DNA from: Coleofasciculus sp. B1-GNL1-01
GTDB lineage: Bacteria; Cyanobacteriota; Cyanobacteriia; Cyanobacteriales; Coleofasciculaceae
DNA: 64,000 bases
Strand: one strand, 5' to 3'
Assembly (NCBI GenBank): GCA_040220235.1
Contig: JAVJTO010000077.1
In this document: in pieces, positions 1-10,968 of the stretch
Numbering within the stretch: the stretch's first letter is position 1
How the letters are laid out: each line of letters opens with the position of its first letter
Position numbers and translations under genes: made by a program
Notes under the pieces: generated by a model
Told to the model about the DNA's origin: nothing
What the model saw: the letters and a program-made list of their open reading frames with translations, nothing else
The model's database searches: none

Positions 1-116
1 TGCGTGGCTATTTCTTAGGCGATCGCGTATTGCGCCATGCGATGGTTAAAGTTGCTGCGGCTCCAGAGCCCGTGGTAACCTCAGAGGAAGAAACCTCGAC
101 AGAACCAGAAAGTTAA
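1..116 (+). CDS. grpE: Nucleotide exchange factor GrpE, 3' end (partial)
   Basis: The frame from nt 3 reads RGYFLGDRVLRHAMVKVAA..., the GrpE C-terminal motif. TAA at 114-116, directly upstream of dnaK. Confidence 0.92.
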   Translation, partial: RGYFLGDRVLRHAMVKVAAAPEPVVTSEEETSTEPES

Positions 117-259
117 GCGGCACGGGGATACTCCCCCTTGGGTGTCTGTCTTAAAACAATCAACCCCAAACAACGGTTGAGCGCACGTCAGGTGAGTTCT
201 GTAGCCACAGATTACCACCTTAAAAAGAAAACCTTACCGATCAGATAGGCCGAAGCGCT

Positions 260-2230
260 ATGGGAAAAGTCATTGGCATCGACCTGGGCACAACAAATAG
301 TTGCGTGGCTGTCCTCGAAGGAGGTCAGCCCCTCGTCATTTCCAATACGGAAGGCGGACGAACCACACCGAGTATTGTGGGATTTGGTAAATCGAATGAG
401 CGCTTGGTTGGTCAACTAGCGAAGCGTCAGGCAGTTCCCAATGCTGAAAATACTGTCCATAGTATTAAACGGTTTATTGGTCGCCGATGGGATGACACGG
501 TAGAGGAGCGATCGCGGGTTCCCTACAATTGTGTTAAGGGTCGCGACGATACAGTCGATGTCCAGATCCGCTCCCATCAATATACCCCGCAGGAAATCTC
601 TGCCATGATCCTGCAAAAGCTGAAAGCCGATGCCGAAAACTTTCTCGGTGAACCCGTAGAACAAGCGGTGATTACAGTACCTGCCTATTTTACCGATGCT
701 CAACGGCAAGCGACCAAAGATTCCGGAACCATCGCAGGTTTAGAAGTGTTGCGGATCATCAACGAACCAACCGCCGCAGCATTGGCGTATGGGCTGGACA
801 AGCAAGACGAAGAACACCAAGTTCTCGTCTTTGACTTAGGCGGCGGTACGTTTGATGTCTCGGTGATGCAATTGGGCGACGGCGTATTTGAAGTCAAAGC
901 CACGTCTGGCAACAACCATTTAGGGGGAGATGACTTCGATAACGTGATCGTGCGCTGGATGATCCAGGAGTTCAAGGAACAAGAAGGCATCGACATCGGC
1001 GCAGATAAAATGGCGCTACAGCGTTTGCGAGAAGCCGCAGAAAAGGCAAAAATTGAACTCTCTAGCATGTTGAACACCTCGATCAACCTGCCGTTTATTA
1101 CCGCAGATGAAACGGGTCCTAAACATCTAGAGATGGAATTGTCGCGAGCGAAGTTTGAAGAACTGGCGAGTGACTTGATCAAAGGCACAGTTGAACCCGT
1201 AAAACAGGCACTTAAAGATTGCGAACTTAAGCCCGATGATATTGACCGGATTCTGCTGGTTGGGGGTTCGACTCGCATCCCCGCCGTCCAGAAAGCGATT
1301 AGTAAGTTTTTCGGCGGTCGCCAGCCCGATAAATCGGTCAACCCCGATGAAGCGGTTGCCCTAGGCGCAGCCATTCAAGGGGGCGTCTTGGGCGGTGAAG
1401 TTGAAGACTTGTTGCTGCTCGACGTAACTCCATTGTCACTGGGGATTGAAACCTTAGGCGAAGTGTTCACCAAAATTATCGAGCGTAACACCACGATCCC
1501 CACCAGTAAATCGCAAATCTTTTCCACGGCGACGGACGGACAAACCTCTGTGGAAATTCATGTCCTCCAGGGTGAACGAGCGATGGCTCGTGATAACAAG
1601 AGCCTGGGTAAGTTTCTACTGACAGGCATTCCTCCGGCTCCCAGGGGTGTGCCTCAAATTGAGGTATCCTTTGATATTGATGTTAATGGAATTCTTAACG
1701 TCTCAGCGGCGGATAAAGGCACAGGACGAGAGCAAAGCATCCGGATTACCAACACTGGTGGATTAAATAGTGGTGAAGTGGAACGGATGCGCCAAGAAGC
1801 CGAGCAATTTGCCGAAGAAGACCGCCGTCGGATGCAACTGGTGGAACTGAAAAATCAAGCCGAAAGCCTCTTCTACAGTTACGAATCGACCCTAAAAGAC
1901 AATGCCGATTTGGTACGCGAGGACTTGAAGGCGCAGGGAGAGAAGAAAAAGCAACAGCTACAAGCTGCACTCAAAGACCCCTCGATTGCAGTGGAGGACG
2001 TTAAACAGCAACTAGAAGATTTCCAACAAACCCTGTTTACCATTGGTGCAGCCGTCTACCAAGAGAGTGCGCCCGATTTGGAACCCGATGAGATTAGCGA
2101 AAGCGAGGAGGAACTTGCCTCACCTGTAGAAGTTAGCGAACCCTCGGAATCGGAACCCGAAGAAGAAGAGTTAATTCTGAACTTTGATGATGAAACGGTA
2201 AATAATACTGACTATGAAACAGTTGACTAA
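260..2230 (+). CDS. dnaK: Molecular chaperone DnaK (grpE-linked, DnaK1-type paralog)
   Basis: [15 protein letters not shown] and DLGGGTFD Hsp70 motifs, with an acidic C-tail. Confidence 0.98.
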   Translation: MGKVIGIDLGTTNSCVAVLEGGQPLVISNTEGGRTTPSIVGFGKSNERLVGQLAKRQAVPNAENTVHSIKRFIGRRWDDTVEERSRVPYNCVKGRDDTVDVQIRSHQYTPQEISAMILQKLKADAENFLGEPVEQAVITVPAYFTDAQRQATKDSGTIAGLEVLRIINEPTAAALAYGLDKQDEEHQVLVFDLGGGTFDVSVMQLGDGVFEVKATSGNNHLGGDDFDNVIVRWMIQEFKEQEGIDIGADKMALQRLREAAEKAKIELSSMLNTSINLPFITADETGPKHLEMELSRAKFEELASDLIKGTVEPVKQALKDCELKPDDIDRILLVGGSTRIPAVQKAISKFFGGRQPDKSVNPDEAVALGAAIQGGVLGGEVEDLLLLDVTPLSLGIETLGEVFTKIIERNTTIPTSKSQIFSTATDGQTSVEIHVLQGERAMARDNKSLGKFLLTGIPPAPRGVPQIEVSFDIDVNGILNVSAADKGTGREQSIRITNTGGLNSGEVERMRQEAEQFAEEDRRRMQLVELKNQAESLFYSYESTLKDNADLVREDLKAQGEKKKQQLQAALKDPSIAVEDVKQQLEDFQQTLFTIGAAVYQESAPDLEPDEISESEEELASPVEVSEPSESEPEEEELILNFDDETVNNTDYETVD

Positions 2231-2402
2231 GGCAATGCCTACCTAAATGATAAGTAGCAATTCGCTGGTTTTTTATCCAAAATGGATAAGACGTGCAGGT
2301 GATCCGGATATCAGCCCTCGGTGGCGATAAAGCTGATTCTCTGTACAAACTATCCCGATTAACCCACCTCCATAACGTAATCCAACCCTCCCGCATTGCT
2401 CT

Positions 2403-3530
2403 ATGCCTGACTACTATGACACTCTCGGCGTCTCTCGCGACGCTGACAAAGAAGAAATAAAGCGGGCTTACCGTCGCCTTGCCCGAAAGTACCATCCCGA
2501 CGTTAACAAGGAACAAGGAGCGGAAGAGCGATTTAAAGAAATTAATCGAGCTTACGAAATCCTTTCCGAACCCGAAATGAAGGCACGATACGACCGCTTT
2601 GGTGAGGCGGGTGTATCCTCAGGTGCTGCTGGAGCCGGCTATCCCGATTTTGGGGATATGGGTTTTGCTGATATTTTTGAAAGCTTCTTCAGCGGTTTTG
2701 CTGGGGGTATGGGTCAGCAAACGGGACGTCGGCGTGGTGGACCGACGCGAGGGGATGACCTGCGCCTAGACTTGAAGCTAGAATTTCGGGAAGCTGTATT
2801 CGGTGGGGAAAAGGAAATTCGCATTCCTCACCTAGAAAACTGTAATACCTGTAACGGTACGGGAGCTAAACCGGGAACGCGACCGCGTACCTGTTCGACC
2901 TGTAGCGGCTCAGGACAAGTGCGTCGCGCGACTCGTACCCCCTTTGGCAGTTTCACTCAAGTGTCAGTCTGTCCAACCTGTAACGGCGAAGGACAGGTGA
3001 TTGAGGATAAGTGTGAAACCTGTGGGGGAGCAGGTCGCAAACAAGAAACCAAAAAGCTAAAAATTACGATTCCGCCCGGTGTGGATAATGGAACCCGGCT
3101 ACGGGTTTCTAAGGAAGGGGATGCTGGATTACGCAGTGGTCCTCCAGGAGATTTATATGTCTACCTATTTGTTGAGGAAGATGCGGAATTTCAGCGAGAT
3201 GGAATTAATGTTCTGTCGGATCTGAAAATTAGCTATTTACAAGCGATTTTAGGTTGTCGTCTCCAGGTTAATACCGTTGATGGTCCGGTGGAGTTGAAGA
3301 TTCCCCCAGGAACCCAACCGAATACGGTGTTGACATTAGAAAATCATGGTGTGCCAAAATTAGGGAATCCGGTGAGTCGGGGCGATCATTTGATTACAAC
3401 TCAAATCGACATTCCCACCCGAATCACAGCGGAGGAACGGGAGTTGCTGGAGAAGCTGGCAAAAATTAAAGGCGATCGCACGGGTCAAGGGGGTATAGAA
3501 GGATTTTTGGGAGGACTGTTTCGCGGATGA
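2403..3530 (+). CDS. dnaJ: Chaperone DnaJ (class A)
   Basis: J domain with HPD, G/F region and four CxxCxGxG repeats. Confidence 0.98.
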   Translation: MPDYYDTLGVSRDADKEEIKRAYRRLARKYHPDVNKEQGAEERFKEINRAYEILSEPEMKARYDRFGEAGVSSGAAGAGYPDFGDMGFADIFESFFSGFAGGMGQQTGRRRGGPTRGDDLRLDLKLEFREAVFGGEKEIRIPHLENCNTCNGTGAKPGTRPRTCSTCSGSGQVRRATRTPFGSFTQVSVCPTCNGEGQVIEDKCETCGGAGRKQETKKLKITIPPGVDNGTRLRVSKEGDAGLRSGPPGDLYVYLFVEEDAEFQRDGINVLSDLKISYLQAILGCRLQVNTVDGPVELKIPPGTQPNTVLTLENHGVPKLGNPVSRGDHLITTQIDIPTRITAEERELLEKLAKIKGDRTGQGGIEGFLGGLFRG

Positions 3531-3796
3531 GTAAGCCCACGGGATCGACAATTAATCAGACACCTGATGCTCAACTGGATTTGCGAGGAACACCTTGCCC
3601 AATTAACTTTGTGCGGACTAAGCTACGTCTAGAACAAATGACGCCCGGATCTTTACTAGAAGTGTGGCTTGATCCGGGGGAACCGATTGAACAGGTTCCC
3701 GATAGTCTGACGATGGAAGGGTATCCGATTGAGGCACTCGACGATCGCAAAGACTACTTTGCCCTAAGAGTGCGGCGTCCGCAAGCTTCTGCATGA
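3527..3796 (+). CDS. TusA/SirA-family sulfur carrier-like protein
   Basis: LDLRGTPCP motif, 89 aa, ATGA overlap with dnaJ. Confidence 0.85.
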   Translation: MSKPTGSTINQTPDAQLDLRGTPCPINFVRTKLRLEQMTPGSLLEVWLDPGEPIEQVPDSLTMEGYPIEALDDRKDYFALRVRRPQASA

Positions 3797-4992
3797 GCGA
3801 GGGAGTCGATAGTCCAGCGTCTGAGTTATCTGCCCCCTTATTGGGGACAGTTCTGGCAGTTCAGGCGAATTTCTACCAGGTTCGATTAGAGTCAAAACTC
3901 AGCCAGGACGGGTTTGGTACAAACGTTACCATCAATAACCAGCAGCAAATCCCTAAACCCGCCCCTACAAATCAGGTTCCCGATCACCCTAGCTTTGGGT
4001 CAACACTCAACACTCAACACTCAACACTCAAAACTTTACTGTGTACCCGTCGTTCCCGATTGAAAAAAATTGGTCAACGGGTCATGGTTGGCGATCGCGT
4101 GGTCATTGAGGAACCAGACTGGACGGGTAACCGAGGTGCGATCGCAGAAGTTCTCCCCCGGAAAACTCAACTGGATCGTCCTCCTGTGGCTAATGCTGAG
4201 CAAATTCTGTTGGTTTTTGCGTTAGCAGAACCTACCCTGGATGCGTATCAACTGAGTCGCTTTTTAGTCAAGGCAGAATCGACAGGTTTCCAGGTGTGTT
4301 TGTGTCTCAATAAAAGTGATTTAGTCACACCAGAAGAACAACAGCAGTGGCAGCAGCGCTTGAACGCCTGGGGATACCAACCCCTATTTATCAGCGTTTA
4401 CAATAATATCGGTTTAGCCGAACTCCGCGATCGCTTAAACCAGAAAATTACCGTCTTAGCTGGATTGTCTGGAGTGGGAAAATCCAGTTTAATTAACCAA
4501 CTTGCCCCCGAAGCCAACCTGCGCGTGGGAGAAGTAACTGGAAAATTAGGACGGGGACGCCACACTACCCGCCATGTAGAATTGTTTGAATTACCCCAAG
4601 GGGGTTTATTGGCAGATACGCCGGGATTTAATCAGCCTGACTTGGATTGCACGCCAGCCGATTTAATCCATCATTTTCCCGAAGCGCGACAACGGTTAAC
4701 GGTAGCCAGTTGTCAATTTAGTGATTGCTTACATCGAGATGAACCTAACTGTGTGGTACAGGGAGACTGGGAACGCTACGATCATTATCTGGGTTTCTTA
4801 GAGGAAGCGATCGCGCGTCAGGAACGCTTAAACCAACAAGCTGAGCCAGAGTCCACCCTTAAGGAGAAAATAAAAGGCAAGGGACAAACCCAATACGAAC
4901 CCAAGTTAAACACTAAGAAATATCGGCGGCGTTCTCGGCGGACTCAACAGCAGGATTTAGAGGAACTCTATCAGGAAATGGAAGATTTATAA
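3793..4992 (+). CDS. rsgA: Small ribosomal subunit biogenesis GTPase RsgA
   Basis: Circularly permuted GTPase motifs NKSD, GLSGVGKSS, GRHTT and DTPG, plus the CQFSDCLHRDEPNC zinc site. Confidence 0.96.
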   Translation: MSEGVDSPASELSAPLLGTVLAVQANFYQVRLESKLSQDGFGTNVTINNQQQIPKPAPTNQVPDHPSFGSTLNTQHSTLKTLLCTRRSRLKKIGQRVMVGDRVVIEEPDWTGNRGAIAEVLPRKTQLDRPPVANAEQILLVFALAEPTLDAYQLSRFLVKAESTGFQVCLCLNKSDLVTPEEQQQWQQRLNAWGYQPLFISVYNNIGLAELRDRLNQKITVLAGLSGVGKSSLINQLAPEANLRVGEVTGKLGRGRHTTRHVELFELPQGGLLADTPGFNQPDLDCTPADLIHHFPEARQRLTVASCQFSDCLHRDEPNCVVQGDWERYDHYLGFLEEAIARQERLNQQAEPESTLKEKIKGKGQTQYEPKLNTKKYRRRSRRTQQQDLEELYQEMEDL

Positions 4993-5070
4993 CTGAGTAT
5001 TTGCCTCTGACTCATTCTCGACTGATGGTTGACCGAGAAGAGGAATTTGATTGGATGGTGTATTGCCGTA

Positions 5071-5265
5071 TTAATTTTGAGCCAAAAATTGCCGAACCTG
5101 TACCATTAAGTTAGTATTATGCTGAGGATATTCTTGGTAGTTAGGTGAAGGACTAGAATAAGAACCCAGGAATATTAATGCTGGGAAAATCATGAAAAGA
5201 CTTGTATAAGCAACTCCCATAGGGCTAAGTAATTTTTTAAGGTGATTCAAATTATTTTTTAGCAT
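5071..5265 (-). CDS. Small hypothetical protein with one hydrophobic segment
   Basis: 64-aa ORF in an AT-rich intergenic space. No recognised family. Confidence 0.35.
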   Translation of the reverse strand: MLKNNLNHLKKLLSPMGVAYTSLFMIFPALIFLGSYSSPSPNYQEYPQHNTNLMVQVRQFLAQN

Positions 5266-5445
5266 ATCAGTTATCTTTATTGTTGATAAAAGTCACTTTT
5301 TTGGGCTATATGCTCTGCCTAGTCTCCATATATTAACCCTAATTCTCTATTCATAGCGTCTACCCCAAGTTTCAAGTTTAAATTAAATATTTATATCTAT
5401 AGACAGATGGAATATTTCTTTAACTCTGAATGGATTAAATGACAT

Positions 5446-5536
5446 TACAGCGGTTTTCAATTTAGTTGATGACAGAACCTGATTTAGAAAGCAATGGGAT
5501 AAAAATTTTTATTCTCTAAACGCGAAAAGTGCTGTA
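5446..5536. mobile_element. MITE family 1
   Basis: Imperfect terminal inverted repeats TACAGCGGTTTTC / GAAAAGTGCTGTA with TA termini. Confidence 0.55.
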
Positions 5537-5578
5537 AAGTGATGAAAAAACTGTTCCTGTTCTCTGTTTCCCTTTCCT

Positions 5579-5681
5579 TAAGCTGTTCGGCATTTAAACC
5601 TTAATATCAATAACGGCGAAAGCCTTGTAGTGCGAGCATCTTGCTCGCTACTAATACCCAATTTAAATGCATGACAGCTTA
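5579..5681. mobile_element. MITE family 2, copy A
   Basis: TIRs TAAGCTGTtcgGCATTTAAA / TTTAAATGCatgACAGCTTA and internal palindrome GCGAGCATCTTGCTCGC. Homologous copies at 26767-26869 and 40432-40561. Confidence 0.85.
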
Positions 5682-5688
5682 CTTCACT

Positions 5689-5802
5689 TATAGCGCTACG
5701 CGCTAGGCAATGGGCAATAGTGAAGAAAAACACTGACTCATCAAGGGATTGAGCGATTTAAATTTTTCTTCTTTTGTCCTAACCTGTGTGCGTAGTGCTA
5801 TA
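5689..5802. mobile_element. MITE family 3, copy A
   Basis: TIRs TATAGCGCTACGC / GCGTAGTGCTATA. Homolog at 35785-35901 and a left end at 32754. Confidence 0.8.
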
Positions 5803-5893
5803 TATCATGTCCTGATGATTGCCCATAATTGCAATGCTTTAAAAATAAGGGTTTCAGGCATTTTTATTCAGGGGGGTTTGACCGGACATGATA
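5803..5893. mobile_element. MITE family 4, copy A
   Basis: TIRs TATCATGTCC / GGACATGATA. Homolog at 19788-19877. Confidence 0.75.
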
Positions 5894-6682
5894 TTATTCA
5901 GCAGTCCCTAACTTAGTCCCACAAATTTTGCAAAACTGAGCATCAGAATCATGAAAAGGTAAACCACACCCGCCACAGACTTTTTCCACTTGGTTAGCCG
6001 TTTTAAGTAAGTGCTTGACTAAATCGCCCAATTGCCAAGGAATCAAAGCAATGCCTGTCAAAATCATCAGCACTGTTAGTAATCGACCCCCTTCTGAAAT
6101 TGGCGTGAGGTCACCAAATCCAACGGTGGTCATCGTTACTACAGCGAAATAGAAGGCATCTAAAAATGTCTTGAATTTTTGAGGATTTATTCCATGTTCA
6201 ACTTGATAAATTAATCCTGAGTAAACAAATATTATGGTAAACAATGTAAATAATATTCGAGCTAAGATAATGGCATCTTGATTGCTAAGCCTAAAAACAT
6301 AAATTTTTAGAGTAAGGAAGCGAATTAACCGTAAGATACGAAACCAACGGAAAATTAAAATAAATCGGATATCCGTCACGCCAATAAAGAAAGGCACGAT
6401 CGCGATTAGATCGATAAGCGAAACCGGGCTAAAAAAGAAATTAACTTTAGAGTCAGCAACCCAAAAGCGTAGTAAATACTCGGCAACAAAAATAATTAAG
6501 ATAATTCGATCAATAATATCCAGACTTAGGCGAAGCAGCGACGGTATGGGATAAGTCTCGCACACGAAAATTGCTGAAGATAAGAGGATTAACCCCATAA
6601 TCAGCAAATTAATCCGCCTACCCACAGGCGATTCAATATCTTCTACGTAAAGAGCAATAGTTTGTCGCAAATTATCGGGCAT
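5894..6682 (-). CDS. Potassium channel / ion transporter (6TM Kv-like)
   Basis: S4-like RWFRILRLIR, pore motif TMTTVGFGD and a C-terminal zinc ribbon. Confidence 0.9.
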   Translation of the reverse strand: MPDNLRQTIALYVEDIESPVGRRINLLIMGLILLSSAIFVCETYPIPSLLRLSLDIIDRIILIIFVAEYLLRFWVADSKVNFFFSPVSLIDLIAIVPFFIGVTDIRFILIFRWFRILRLIRFLTLKIYVFRLSNQDAIILARILFTLFTIIFVYSGLIYQVEHGINPQKFKTFLDAFYFAVVTMTTVGFGDLTPISEGGRLLTVLMILTGIALIPWQLGDLVKHLLKTANQVEKVCGGCGLPFHDSDAQFCKICGTKLGTAE

Positions 6683-6896
6683 TAATCTGGCACTAGCAAA
6701 GGAAAGTTAAAGACGAATGGCACTGACTTATAGGCTGGTGGGCAATGCCCACCCTACGGTAGATCAAGGGTTTTGGTGTTCCAAAAATGCTTATTTCAGT
6801 GCTATTTAACTTAAAGACTGGAGTTGAGGTATTTACCAAGATGCCCTCAATCAAACCCAACCGATTCAGCACTAACTTAAATTGTAAGATAGACCA

Positions 6897-7574
6897 CTAT
6901 CTGTATGAGGCTCGAATTGCGTCCGCCCGACAATCTCGCAACCAGAGCTGCACAGCTCGACCCATAATACCATTGCTACTCTCTCGCGGCGGCGTTGGTG
7001 GGCGTTCTGGTGAAGGTGAACCTAGGCGCGTAAACATCAGAGCCAAACGCCATCCACTATCGGTATTGGTTAAAAATAGCCAGTGAAAACTCTCTCGTTC
7101 GATCGCACCTCCCTCGACATATTGGCGTTCGAGAGTGGTAAAAAACACTTGCTGTGGGGGTTCTACGTTTGCAGTCGTCACAGAATTATAGGAACCGGGA
7201 CCCAGAGTCAGGGGTTGAAATTCCGCTCGCCCTGCCACAATGATATATAGATCGATGTCAATGTCCTCATTTACAGGTCGCGATCGCTGAATCACCCGAT
7301 TCGCGTAGTCAGGTAAATCCCGCAGCATTAGAGACGTTAAAGTTTCTACATCTGAGGGACAAGTTGCCGATTGAGCTAGAAGTGTGGGTTTAGGAAGACA
7401 GGAGTGCAGGAGTGCAGGCGTACAGGGGAGGACTCTGAGCTTTGTTGGTTTCGTCTGCAGCGTTTGTGAGCCGAGGGTAAAATTGGGGTTAAATGCCCCA
7501 CTATCCATCTGAAATCCCAGCCAACAGGCAACTGTTAAGCATTGGAGCAACTTAAGATTCATAAGGAGTGACAA
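6897..7574 (-). CDS. Conserved cyanobacterial hypothetical protein (probably exported)
   Basis: 225-aa ORF with CPxD..LLRDLPxYANRVIQR and WLRDCR motifs typical of a cyanobacterial family. The start is uncertain. Confidence 0.7.
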   Translation of the reverse strand: MSLLMNLKLLQCLTVACWLGFQMDSGAFNPNFTLGSQTLQTKPTKLRVLPCTPALLHSCLPKPTLLAQSATCPSDVETLTSLMLRDLPDYANRVIQRSRPVNEDIDIDLYIIVAGRAEFQPLTLGPGSYNSVTTANVEPPQQVFFTTLERQYVEGGAIERESFHWLFLTNTDSGWRLALMFTRLGSPSPERPPTPPRESSNGIMGRAVQLWLRDCRADAIRASYR

Positions 7575-7679
7575 GAGACTTTGACAAGAAACTATTTCAA
7601 CCCAAAAAATAGAATAGTGCGATCGCTAAACTATCAGGAAATTTACTAATAATTAAGCTACCCTAGGAGGATAAAAACA

Positions 7680-7907
7680 ATGAAAATTGACACAGACGGT
7701 AAAATTACTATTCCTCCAAACATTCAAAGCCAGCTTGGGTTTCGACCAGGAACAGAAGTTCAACTTGAAGTAGTAGGAAATACCTTACGCATTCGCAAGC
7801 CTCAAGGTTTCAGCCGAGGAAGACAAATGATTGCTGCCATTCGTGGTAAAGCAACGAACCGCCTGACAACTAACGACATTATCCAACTAACTCGCGGAGA
7901 CCGATGA
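7680..7907 (+). CDS. AbrB/MazE/SpoVT-family antitoxin (VapB-like)
   Basis: GKITIP..LG...GTEV AbrB fold, AGGAGG SD, and overlap with the PIN gene. Confidence 0.88.
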   Translation: MKIDTDGKITIPPNIQSQLGFRPGTEVQLEVVGNTLRIRKPQGFSRGRQMIAAIRGKATNRLTTNDIIQLTRGDR

Positions 7908-8308
7908 GCGAAATTCTGGTAGATAGCAATGTCGTCTTGGATATTCTCACCGAAGATCCTCAATGGTTTGACTGGTCATCGCAAATGCTAACTGACTACG
8001 CCAATCAGGGAGATTTGGTGATTAACCCGATCATTTACGCCGAAATATCGATTGGGTTTAATCAACCCGAAGAAGTAGAAGACGCTTTACCAGAAGATTT
8101 TTTTCGTCGAGACCCCTTACCCTATTCAGCCGCTTTCCTAGCAGGACAAAGCTTTTTGGCATATCGCCGACATGGAGGTGAACGGCGATCGCCACTTCCT
8201 GACTTTTATATCGGCGCTCATGCTGTCATAGCAAATATGCCTCTGCTTACCCGTGATGTCAATCGTTATCTTACATATTTTCCATCCGTTCAACTCATTA
8301 CACCATAG
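7904..8308 (+). CDS. vapC: VapC PIN-domain toxin
   Basis: LVDSNV, PIIYAE, LPDFYIGAHA and LLTRD PIN motifs. Confidence 0.9.
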   Translation: MSEILVDSNVVLDILTEDPQWFDWSSQMLTDYANQGDLVINPIIYAEISIGFNQPEEVEDALPEDFFRRDPLPYSAAFLAGQSFLAYRRHGGERRSPLPDFYIGAHAVIANMPLLTRDVNRYLTYFPSVQLITP

Positions 8309-8347
8309 GTATCTAGCTGATGATTATAACTATATCAGCGCTAAGCG

Positions 8348-9055
8348 CTATAACTCCTCACAAATTCTTTCCCACGCTGCAACGGGGTCAGGCGCAGCCG
8401 TGATCGGGCGTCCAATTACCAGGTAATCAGCCCCCGCTTTCAGAGCATCTGCTGGCGTCATCGATCGCCGTTGATCGCCCTGTTCCGACCAACTGGGACG
8501 GACGCCGGGACAAACCAAGAGAAAGTCATCGCCACACACTTGTCGAATCTGGGACACTTCTTGGGGCGAACAAACTGCGCCATTTAATCCAGCTTCCTGC
8601 GCTAAAAGTGCCATCTGTAGGGCGTATTCGGGTAACTCAATCGGAACTTTTAAATCAAAGGCTAAATCTCGTGAGTTCAAACTGGTGAGTAGGGAAATAG
8701 CAATTAACTTCGGGGGTGAACAAGCGGCGGCTTCTGCTCCTTCCTTCGCTGCTGCTACCGCTCCTTTGAGTGCCATGCGACCTGCTACGGCATGAATTGT
8801 CAATAAATCTACCCCGTATCGAGCAGCTGCCCGTGTTGCCCCAGCTACCGTATTGGGAATATCGTGAAACTTGAGATCTAAAAATATCCGTCTTTGCCGA
8901 TCTTTGAGAACCTGAAGAATCGCGGGTCCACTACTGACAAATAGCTCCAGTCCGACTTTCCAGAACCTCACCTGCGGTAATTGTTCCACGAGGGCGATCG
9001 CTTGGGCTTCGGTTGGTACATCTAAGGGGACGATAATCCGCTCTGCTACTGACAT
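8348..9055 (-). CDS. pyrF: Orotidine-5'-phosphate decarboxylase
   Basis: [17 protein letters not shown] and VIGRPI motifs. Start taken at MSVAER; an alternative GTG lies at 9082. Confidence 0.97.
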   Translation of the reverse strand: MSVAERIIVPLDVPTEAQAIALVEQLPQVRFWKVGLELFVSSGPAILQVLKDRQRRIFLDLKFHDIPNTVAGATRAAARYGVDLLTIHAVAGRMALKGAVAAAKEGAEAAACSPPKLIAISLLTSLNSRDLAFDLKVPIELPEYALQMALLAQEAGLNGAVCSPQEVSQIRQVCGDDFLLVCPGVRPSWSEQGDQRRSMTPADALKAGADYLVIGRPITAAPDPVAAWERICEEL

Positions 9056-9156
9056 GGAAAATGCTTGTTGATAAGTAGCCACAGATTATCCCATTTTTCT
9101 TTAACCGCGCAACTTATGCAATCCCAGAAGGCGTTCTGATACTCAATTTGGGTTGA

Positions 9157-9239
9157 CCTCGCCCCTACACTTGAATAAGGGCGGGTTTAGTCAAGTTATT
9201 GGTTTTTGTCAAAGGTTATCTGTAAAACCCGCCCCTACA
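9157..9239. repeat. REP-like GGGGCGGGTTT...AAACCCGCCCCTAC element
   Basis: Inverted pair ending in CTAC. Related copies at about 3906, 14759, 16063, 48293, 48408, 58930, 60476 and 61575. Confidence 0.85.
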
Positions 9240-9269
9240 ATTTACATTTCTCAAACCTATAGAAAGTTT

Positions 9270-9299
9270 AAGGGGAAAGAAATTTCTTTCCCCTTTTTT
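9270..9299. terminator. Intrinsic terminator-like perfect palindrome
   Basis: AAGGGGAAAGAAATTTCTTTCCCCTT (26-nt palindrome) followed by a T-run on the + strand. Confidence 0.6.
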
Positions 9300-9454
9300 G
9301 GTAGTTATATGCGTGAAGTGTCTCTCCCTAATAGGGAAAAGACTTCTCCCGACCCACAGGCATATAGCCTGTTTTGTACGAAACTATTGAGGAACGATAC
9401 TCAGTTCCGAGGCACCGCTTTACAGGAATCCGACTCCCTCGGACGTTCGTTCTT
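9270..9454 (-). ncRNA. Candidate structured small RNA or leader RNA
   Basis: Extended -10 TGcTATACT on the minus strand (9468-9460), followed by nested stems GAACGA/TCGTTC and TCCGAGG/CCTCGGA and further hairpins. Confidence 0.4.
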
Positions 9455-9774
9455 TTCTCAGTATAGCAAAGCTAGTTGTATCTATGCTTTTTGCTGTTCT
9501 TTCTATGTTTTTTAGCGCTAAGTAATGGCTCTGCCTTCTGCATAGATGCTAGATAAAAAAGCCATTCCTAGAAAAACCCATAGCAGTATTAGCGGCAATA
9601 ATGGTGACATGAGCGAACCTCCTCTGGAACACACAGTCTGATTATCTTTATAATACCACTTGCCCCACGGATTTCATTGACAAATTTGTCAATTTGCGCT
9701 AATTCCCAGCTTCTCCTGATCCCCCTGCTTGCACGCCCGGTAGTCAAAAACTTTTGCTGACATGCACTAGCTGC

Positions 9775-10968
9775 TTAGGATGTCAACCGTACAGATTTCT
9801 TTTTCCCCACCTGTAACACCTTACCCGCTAAAGCTTCTGGGGAATCAAAAGTGCAGTCTACATCTGTAATGCGATCGCCCTCTAGTTTCACACCGCCACC
9901 TTTAATCTGTCGCCGCCCTTCGCCACTACTACTACACAACCCACTGGCATTAAGGATATAAAACAACTTGGCGGGAAACTCGACTTGGGAGAGGGAAAAT
10001 TCCGGGATAGCCCCCCCACCTTTTGCCTCATCTGCTTCCTTTTGACCGTGATATTGGGTGACAATTGTCCAAGCCAGGAGTTGTTGGCGATCGCGAGGAT
10101 TGATTGGCAGTTCCTCTAAGGGTAAGTCGGTGAGTAGCTCAAAATAGTCCTCTAACAGATTATCTTTCGTCCCTTCCAGCTTCTGATACATGGGTTGAGC
10201 CGCTTCCCGCAATCCCACATAATTGTTCAGGGACTTCGACATTTTCAGCACGCCATCTGTACCAATTAAAATCGGCAGAAGCAGTCCAAACTGGGGGGGT
10301 TGACCAAAATGCCGCTGTAAGTCTCGCCCCACCGCAATATTAAATTTTTGATCCGTTCCGCCTAACTCCACATCTGCCTGAACTGCCACCGAATCATACC
10401 CTTGCATCAAGGGATAGAGAAACTCATGCAGGTAAATGGGGTTTTCCTGTTTAAATCGTTCCGCAAACCCCTCCTTCGCTAGCATCTGCCCCACCGTCAT
10501 CGTGGCTAACAAATCGAGAATCTCTGCCAAATCCAACTTACTTAGCCATTCCGAGTTATAGCGAATTTCCAGGCGTCCGGGTGTTTCAAAATCTAAAATC
10601 GGACGCACCTGATCCAAGTAGGTGTGGGCATTTTGCTGCACCTGTTCGTCAGAAAGATGCTTCCGTACTTCCGATTTACCACTTGGATCACCGATTCTTG
10701 CGGTAAAATCGCCAATAATTAGGACAGCCGTATGACCCGCATTCTGAAACGCCCGTAATTTCCGTACAGGAATACTATGACCCAAGTGGATATCTGTCCC
10801 CGTCGGGTCAATTCCCAACTTGATCCGCAAGGGACGTTCAGTTTGGAGAATCCGTTGCTCTAGGTTCTCACTCGGGTCTTGAGAATCCGGTTGGTTGGGA
10901 AAAATGTCACTAACACCTCGGTATAACCAAGATAATGACTGAGACATTGTGTTTAAAGAATTTGACAT
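9775..10968 (-). CDS. tyrS: Tyrosine--tRNA ligase
   Basis: GIDPTG..HLGH (HIGH) and KMSKS motifs with a C-terminal S4-like domain. The start may be 10947. Confidence 0.97.
   Translation of the reverse strand: MSNSLNTMSQSLSWLYRGVSDIFPNQPDSQDPSENLEQRILQTERPLRIKLGIDPTGTDIHLGHSIPVRKLRAFQNAGHTAVLIIGDFTARIGDPSGKSEVRKHLSDEQVQQNAHTYLDQVRPILDFETPGRLEIRYNSEWLSKLDLAEILDLLATMTVGQMLAKEGFAERFKQENPIYLHEFLYPLMQGYDSVAVQADVELGGTDQKFNIAVGRDLQRHFGQPPQFGLLLPILIGTDGVLKMSKSLNNYVGLREAAQPMYQKLEGTKDNLLEDYFELLTDLPLEELPINPRDRQQLLAWTIVTQYHGQKEADEAKGGGAIPEFSLSQVEFPAKLFYILNASGLCSSSGEGRRQIKGGGVKLEGDRITDVDCTFDSPEALAGKVLQVGKKKSVRLTS

Noticed and set aside
700..1374. 224-aa antisense ORF and the many other shadow ORFs in the track
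   Set aside because: They lie opposite or within well-supported genes and have no recognisable motifs.
9153..9515. 120-aa ORF between pyrF and tyrS
   Set aside because: It has a TTG start, runs through a REP element and a terminator palindrome, and shows no protein-like features.
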